A stretch of DNA of 23,719 bases. It comes from Armatimonadota bacterium. Its GTDB lineage: Bacteria > Sysuimicrobiota > Sysuimicrobiia > Sysuimicrobiales > Kaftiobacteriaceae. Location of the stretch: positions 1 through 23,719 of the forward strand of contig JBBIUY010000042.1 in NCBI GenBank assembly GCA_037440005.1, written 5' to 3'. Below, in pieces: positions 19,043 through 23,719 of the stretch; positions within the stretch are counted from its first letter, which is position 1; every line of letters begins with the position of its first letter. Under the pieces are notes generated by a model, which saw only the letters and a list, made by a program, of their open reading frames with translations, had not been told where the DNA came from and searched no databases. The translations under genes were made by a program, and so were the position numbers.

Positions 19043-20350
19043 GTGCGCGCTTACGAGCTCATCCAGAAAAAGCGGGACGGAGGGGAACTGACCCCCCAGG
19101 AGATCGCCGGGCTGCTGTCGGGCTACCTCGCAGGGCAGATCCCCGACTACCAGATGAGCGCCTTCCTGATGGCGGTGTACTTCCGGGGGATGACCGCCCG
19201 GGAGACGGCCGAGCTCACCCTGGCCATGGTCCGCTCGGGCCGGACCGTGGACCTCAGCGCCATCCCCGGGACCAAGGTGGACAAGCACAGCACCGGCGGG
19301 GTGGGGGACAAGACCTCCCTGGTCCTGATCCCCCTGGTGGCGGCTGCGGGGGCGCCGGTGGCCAAGCTGTCCGGGCGGGGGCTGGGCCACACCGGCGGCA
19401 CCATCGACAAGCTGGAGGCCATCCCGGGGTTCCGGACCGAGATGGACATCCCCGCGTTCGTGGCCCAGGTCACCCGGATCGGCTGCGCCATCGTCGCCGC
19501 CACCGCCGACCTGGTGCCCGCCGACAAGAAGCTGTACGCCCTGCGGGACGTCACCGCCACCGTGGACAGCGTCCCCCTGATCGCCAGCAGCATCATGAGC
19601 AAGAAGATCGCCGGGGGCGCCGACGCCATCGTCCTGGACGTCAAGACCGGCAGCGGGGCGTTCATGAAGACCCTGGACGGGGCCCGGGGCCTCGCGCGGG
19701 CAATGGTGGAGATCGGCGTGCAGGTGGGCCGGCGGACGGTGGCGGTCATCAGCGATATGGACCAGCCCCTGGGGCGGGCCGTGGGCAACGCTCTGGAGGT
19801 GGACGAGGCGCTGCAGACCCTGCGGGGCGGGGGTCCGGCGGACCTGCGGGAGCTGTGTCTGACCCTGGGGGCCCAGATGGTCGTCCTGGCCGGGCGGGCT
19901 GCCTCGCCCGCCGAGGGCCGGGCGGCGCTGGCCCGGCTGCTGGAGGGAGGTCAGGCGCTGGAACGGTTTGCCCGGATGGTCGCCGCCCAGGGAGGCGACC
20001 CCCGGGTGGCCGAGGATCCCGCCCGCCTGCCCCGGGCGCCGGTGGTCGTCCCCGTCCCGGCCCCGCAGGAGGGGATCATAGAAGCTATCGACGCCCAGGC
20101 CGTGGGTCTGGCGGCCATGGGGCTGGGCGCGGGGCGCGCCACCACCGCCGACGTCATCGATCCCTCGGTGGGCGTGGTCCTGGAGCGCAAGGTGGGCGAG
20201 GCGGTCGGCCGGGGCGAGCCTCTGGCCGTGGTGCACGCCGCCGACCGCGGCCGCGCCGCCGAGGCCGTGGCCCGGGTGCAGCGGGCCGTCCGGATCGGGC
20301 CGGCGCCGCCGCCCGCCCGCCCGCTGATCTGGGAGGTGGTGGGCGGGTGA
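19043..20350 (+). CDS. pdp: Pyrimidine-nucleoside (thymidine) phosphorylase
   Basis: IQKKRDG, IPDYQMSAFLMA, VDKHSTGGVGDKTS, KLSGRGLGHTGGTIDKLE, YALRDVTATV, SSIMSKK, LDVKTGSGAFMK, GRAVGNALE. Confidence 0.96.
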   Translation: MRAYELIQKKRDGGELTPQEIAGLLSGYLAGQIPDYQMSAFLMAVYFRGMTARETAELTLAMVRSGRTVDLSAIPGTKVDKHSTGGVGDKTSLVLIPLVAAAGAPVAKLSGRGLGHTGGTIDKLEAIPGFRTEMDIPAFVAQVTRIGCAIVAATADLVPADKKLYALRDVTATVDSVPLIASSIMSKKIAGGADAIVLDVKTGSGAFMKTLDGARGLARAMVEIGVQVGRRTVAVISDMDQPLGRAVGNALEVDEALQTLRGGGPADLRELCLTLGAQMVVLAGRAASPAEGRAALARLLEGGQALERFARMVAAQGGDPRVAEDPARLPRAPVVVPVPAPQEGIIEAIDAQAVGLAAMGLGAGRATTADVIDPSVGVVLERKVGEAVGRGEPLAVVHAADRGRAAEAVARVQRAVRIGPAPPPARPLIWEVVGG

Positions 20351-20898
20351 TCGTGCGCATCCCCGATCCCTCCCTGGTGGTGCTGTGCGGGCCGGCCGCC
20401 AGCGGCAAGTCCACCTTCGCCCGGCGCCACTTTCCGCCCACGGCCGTGGTGTCCTCGGACCGGTGCCGGGCCATGATCGCGGACGACGAGGCCAACATCC
20501 GCGTCTCCCGGGACGCCTTCGAGCTCTTCTACCGCATCATCGAGCTGCGGCTGCGTCACCGGCGGCTGGCGGTGGCCGACAGCACAGCCCTGCAGCCCGA
20601 CGTCCGCCGGACCCTGCGCCAGCTGGCCCGGCGGTACGAGGTGCCGGCGGTGGCCGTCCTGTTCGACGTCCCCGAGGAGACCTGCGTGCGGTGGGACGCC
20701 GCCCGCCCGCGGACGGTGGGGCGCCCGGTCATCCACCGCCAGTGGGAGCGGTTCCAGCAGGTGCTGCGCAGCGTCCCCGCCGAGGGGTTCGACCAGGTGG
20801 TGGTCCTGGGCGAGGACGACATGCGCCGCTGCCGGGTGGACCTGGTGCCGGCCCCGCCGCGGCCCGCGCGGGGGGTCCCGGAGGCCGCACAGACGTGA
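20347..20898 (+). CDS. P-loop kinase (AAA_33 type), similar to the kinase module of bacterial polynucleotide kinase-phosphatase
   Basis: GTGA overlap with pdp. IPDPSLVVLCGPAASGKSTFARRHF..TAVVSSDRCR, RL...RLAVADST, EGF motifs. Confidence 0.8.
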   Translation: MIVRIPDPSLVVLCGPAASGKSTFARRHFPPTAVVSSDRCRAMIADDEANIRVSRDAFELFYRIIELRLRHRRLAVADSTALQPDVRRTLRQLARRYEVPAVAVLFDVPEETCVRWDAARPRTVGRPVIHRQWERFQQVLRSVPAEGFDQVVVLGEDDMRRCRVDLVPAPPRPARGVPEAAQT

Positions 20899-20915
20899 GG
20901 GAAAGGAGGGTGGCG

Positions 20916-21776
20916 ATGGAGATCCGACGGGTCGGGGTGGTGGGGTGCGGGCTGATGGGCGCCGGCATCGCGGAGGTGTGCGCCCGCAGCGGATACCAGG
21001 TGACGGTGGTGGAGGTGACCGAGGACCTGCTGGCCCGGGGTCTGCGGCGGGTCGAGGAGTCGATGGGGCGGGCCGTCGAGCGGGGCAAACTGACGCCGGA
21101 GGAGCGGGACGCGGCCCGGGCGCGCATCGCCGGCACCACGCGCCTGGAGGACCTGGCCGGGGCGGACCTGGTGATCGAGGCCGTGGTGGAGCGCATGGAC
21201 GCCAAAAAGCAGGTGTTCGCCGGGCTGGACCGCCTGTGCCCGCCCCACACCGTCCTGGCCAGCAACACCTCCTCGCTGTCCATCACCGAGCTGGCGGCGG
21301 CCACCGGCCGGGCCGACCGGGTCCTGGGGCTGCACTTTTTCAACCCCGTGCCGGTGATGAAGCTGGTGGAGCTGGTGCGGGGCCTGCAGACGTCGGCGGA
21401 GACCGTGGCCGTGGGGAGGCGGTTCGCCGAGTCGCTGGGCAAGACGGTGGTGGAGTGCCGGGACAGCCCGGGGTTCATCGTCAACTACCTGCTGGTCCCC
21501 TACCTGCTGGACGCGGTGCGGGCCCTGGAGCGGGGGATCGCCTCCCGGGACGACATCGATACCGCCGTGGTCCTGGGACTGGCCCACCCCATGGGTCCCC
21601 TGCGGCTGCTGGACTACGTGGGGATCGACACGACCTACTACATCGCCGAGGCGATGTTCGCCGAGTTCAAAGACCCCCGCTACGCGGCCCCGCCGCTGCT
21701 GAAGCAGATGGTCCTGGCCGGCCGGCTGGGGCGCAAGTCCGGCAGGGGGTTTTACGACTACGAGCAGGCCGGATAA
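20916..21776 (+). CDS. hbd: 3-hydroxybutyryl-CoA / 3-hydroxyacyl-CoA dehydrogenase
   Basis: RBS AAGGAGG. VGVVGCGLMGAGIA, VIEAVVE, LASNTSSLSI, GLHFFNPVPVMKLVE, DSPGFIVN, HPMGPL.L.D.VG.D, GRLGRKSGRGFY. Confidence 0.93.
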   Translation: MEIRRVGVVGCGLMGAGIAEVCARSGYQVTVVEVTEDLLARGLRRVEESMGRAVERGKLTPEERDAARARIAGTTRLEDLAGADLVIEAVVERMDAKKQVFAGLDRLCPPHTVLASNTSSLSITELAAATGRADRVLGLHFFNPVPVMKLVELVRGLQTSAETVAVGRRFAESLGKTVVECRDSPGFIVNYLLVPYLLDAVRALERGIASRDDIDTAVVLGLAHPMGPLRLLDYVGIDTTYYIAEAMFAEFKDPRYAAPPLLKQMVLAGRLGRKSGRGFYDYEQAG

Positions 21777-21790
21777 GGGCGTCCGGGAGG

Positions 21791-22600
21791 TCAGGCCGGG
21801 ACCGGGCCGGCGGGGCCCGGGCGGTACAGACGGCAGGTCAGGGGCGCGTGCCCTCGGGCGAACAGGTCCCGGGCGGCCCGGGCCAGCGCGTCGCGCTGCC
21901 GTGACGGGCCGATCAGGCAGGCGTGCTCGTGGGGGACCGCCAGCAGCGGGTCGTCCACCCCGGCGGGTACCAGCATCTCGCCCACCAGCAGCCGGGCGGC
22001 GTCGTAGCCGTCCAGGGCCACGTAGTCGGCGCGCGGGCCGCCGATCTCCTGCAGGAGGTGGCGGGTCCGCGCCCGCAGGTTACAGCAGGCCAGGGCGTGC
22101 AGCCCGTCGAGACCGACCCCCCAGGCGTGCGCCATCCCCTCGGTGACGTAGGTCAGGTGGTGCAGCCCCTCCACCACGTAGATCACGGCCACCTCGTCGT
22201 CCAACCTCCGCCGCAGCAGCCTCACCGGAGGTCGGTAGCCGTCAGGGGGAGGCAGGCGATCCTGCCGGCGCAGCAGGGGCAGCAGGCGGTCTCTGACCAG
22301 CTCAAACGGCGGCGCCGCGGGGGGAGGGACCCGGCCGCGCAGGGCCCGAGCGAGGTCGGCGGCCACGGAGGCCGGGTCCACGCGCCCGCACAGCGCGTCC
22401 AGGTAGGCGGGCCGCAGGTCCACCTCCAGGTCGTACCCCCACACCCCGCAGACCATTCCGGAGGCGGTGTTCCGCCGCCAGGCGATGTCGGCGGTGGCGG
22501 ACAGGGCCGAGCGCACGCCCGCGCGGAAGCGTCCGAAGTCCCATCCGACGGCGCCCGCGGCCGCCGCCAGAACCCCCGCCGCCACCAGCCAGCCGTGCAC
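21791..22600 (-). CDS. DUF1444 (YtpQ)-like protein with N-terminal hydrophobic anchor
   Basis: GTG at 22600, 5 nt after the upstream stop. N-terminal WLVAAGVLAAAAGAVGW; RLLPLLR, LHALACCNL, DGYDAARLL, AVPHEH resemble DUF1444 motifs. Confidence 0.6.
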   Translation of the reverse strand: MHGWLVAAGVLAAAAGAVGWDFGRFRAGVRSALSATADIAWRRNTASGMVCGVWGYDLEVDLRPAYLDALCGRVDPASVAADLARALRGRVPPPAAPPFELVRDRLLPLLRRQDRLPPPDGYRPPVRLLRRRLDDEVAVIYVVEGLHHLTYVTEGMAHAWGVGLDGLHALACCNLRARTRHLLQEIGGPRADYVALDGYDAARLLVGEMLVPAGVDDPLLAVPHEHACLIGPSRQRDALARAARDLFARGHAPLTCRLYRPGPAGPVPA

Positions 22601-22605
22601 GGCCG

Positions 22606-23103
22606 CTACCGGCGGGGGGCGAACCCGACGATGTCGGCCAGAGTGCCGGTCCGCCGGCGGCGCGGGCGCAGCACGGCCTGAACGGGCATGTCGATGGCCA
22701 CCGCGGATGGGGGGACCCGCACCAGCCGGCCGACCAGGCCGCCGTCGGTGCCGTCGATGCGGACCAGGGCCACCACCTCCGGACGGGGCAGGAGGCGGCC
22801 GTCCTGGTCGTGGTGGACGACGGTGAACGTGTGCACCGTTCCCACCGCGTCCACCTCGGCCCAGGTCTGGGAGAGGTCGGACAGGCAGCGCTCGCAATAC
22901 AGGCGGGGCGGCAGGTAGGTCAGGCCGCATTCGGCGCACCGGGTGACCGCCAGCCGCCCGCGGTCGCGCAGGGTCTGGAAGAAGCGCTCCCCCGCCATGC
23001 CCGCCGTGTACCGGTAGGCCACCGGCATCGTCCCGGGCCAGACCCGGTAGCGGCCGGCGGCGACGGCGGCCGGGGGGCGGGGAGTGCGCCTAGGGGCGGG
23101 CAC
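22606..23103 (-). CDS. Zn-ribbon/OB-fold protein (DUF35 family, thiolase-associated)
   Basis: YRYTAG.AGERFF, RCAECG..YLPPRLYCERC, GTVHTFTV, IDGTDGGL, MPVQAV. Confidence 0.88.
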   Translation of the reverse strand: MPAPRRTPRPPAAVAAGRYRVWPGTMPVAYRYTAGMAGERFFQTLRDRGRLAVTRCAECGLTYLPPRLYCERCLSDLSQTWAEVDAVGTVHTFTVVHHDQDGRLLPRPEVVALVRIDGTDGGLVGRLVRVPPSAVAIDMPVQAVLRPRRRRTGTLADIVGFAPRR

Positions 23104-23659
23104 GGGACTTCACCGGAGTGAAATACAGGATGTCGGTGATGGCGCCGGTGCGCTGGCGCGGGGGCTTCCACACCGCCCGCACGGGGGTGCCCACCGAGAT
23201 CTGCCGGCGGACGTCGTCCACCGTCCGCCCCCGCACGCCGCCAATCAGGTGCAGGAAGCCGACCCGGGGCGCGGTGCCGTCGATCTCGATGACGGCGGGG
23301 ATCTGCGGCCGGCGTAGCGGCTTCATGTCCCAGGTGACGTAACAGATGGAGAAGGTGTTGATGGTGCCGGTGTCGGGCAGCTCCACCCACTCGTCCATGG
23401 GGCGGAAGTCCACCTCGCAGAACGTCCGCGGCGGAGTGACCGTGCGGCCGCACCGGCGGCAGCGCACCCCCAGGATCCGCCCCTCCTGCAGCCCCTGCAA
23501 GAACCGCGAGATGGCCTCGCCGGCGTCCCACGCGTACTCCAGAGCCGGCGTCCACGGCGTGACCGACACCCGCGCCATCTCGTCTTCGCCGAGGGGCGTG
23601 CCCCGGGGCCCGAGCGGAGGGGCCGACGGCAGAGGGCGGGACGGCCTGACCCGGGCCAT
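23090..23659 (-). CDS. Zn-ribbon/OB-fold protein (DUF35 family, thiolase-associated)
   Basis: YAWDAGEAISRFL.GL.EGRILG.RCRRCG..PPRTFCEVDF, GTINTFS, VRAVWKP...RTGAITDILYF. Confidence 0.88.
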   Translation of the reverse strand: MARVRPSRPLPSAPPLGPRGTPLGEDEMARVSVTPWTPALEYAWDAGEAISRFLQGLQEGRILGVRCRRCGRTVTPPRTFCEVDFRPMDEWVELPDTGTINTFSICYVTWDMKPLRRPQIPAVIEIDGTAPRVGFLHLIGGVRGRTVDDVRRQISVGTPVRAVWKPPRQRTGAITDILYFTPVKSRARP

Positions 23660-23719
23660 CTAGTGTGTCCTGTTTGGATGTAGTGTTTGCACTTGGGAGC
23701 CTCCCCCAAGGAAAGGGAG
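23660..23719. mobile_element. Possible terminal fragment of an IS/MITE at the window end (IS630-like end suggested)
   Basis: Abrupt shift to lower GC at a CTAG abutting the DUF35 ATG. Minus strand ends ...CAAACAGGACACACTAG. No transposase or second end is visible. Confidence 0.25.

Noticed and set aside
17432..19045. CGGTG at both borders of the satD-DUF3307 insert read as a target-site duplication
   Set aside because: A 5-mer this GC-rich is very common here, and both copies overlap coding or start codons; not evidence of transposition.

Overview
High-GC (roughly 70-75% by eye) bacterial chromosome segment, almost all genes on the + strand. It opens with the end of a type IV pilus/T2SS-like cluster: a Pro-rich PilP/GspC-like fragment, an AMIN-secretin, a TPR protein and a GspH/FimT-like prepilin that appears to need a CTG start. 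An accessory islet follows: a Y1/HUH REP-associated (RAYT-like) transposase bracketed by two direct-repeat GGGGTCAGACCCC palindromes, then a compositionally mosaic secreted YVTN beta-propeller. Next is a housekeeping run: Xaa-Pro peptidase, efp, nusB, acylphosphatase, ispA, tlyA, NAD kinase, pyrG, ilvE, NUDIX, xerD, deoB, purine nucleoside phosphorylase, pdp, a Pnkp-like kinase and 3-hydroxybutyryl-CoA dehydrogenase. It ends with three convergent minus-strand genes (DUF1444-like, two Zn-ribbon/OB-fold DUF35). Firmicutes-like gene order plus a secretin suggests a diderm Terrabacteria lineage (inference only). Best candidates for new biology: (1) a SatD-like cyclase/palm+HTH gene and a DUF3307 membrane gene inserted between PNP and pdp, separated by an AT-rich array of four TGTCAACAT-N4-ATGTTGACA operator-like sites; (2) the RAYT cassette with covarying palindromes next to the mosaic surface protein; (3) a promoter + three-way-junction + terminator/antiterminator leader upstream of nusB; (4) an EF-P whose tip loop reads KRAQR instead of KPGKG. 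All family calls come from motif recognition by eye, not database searches.
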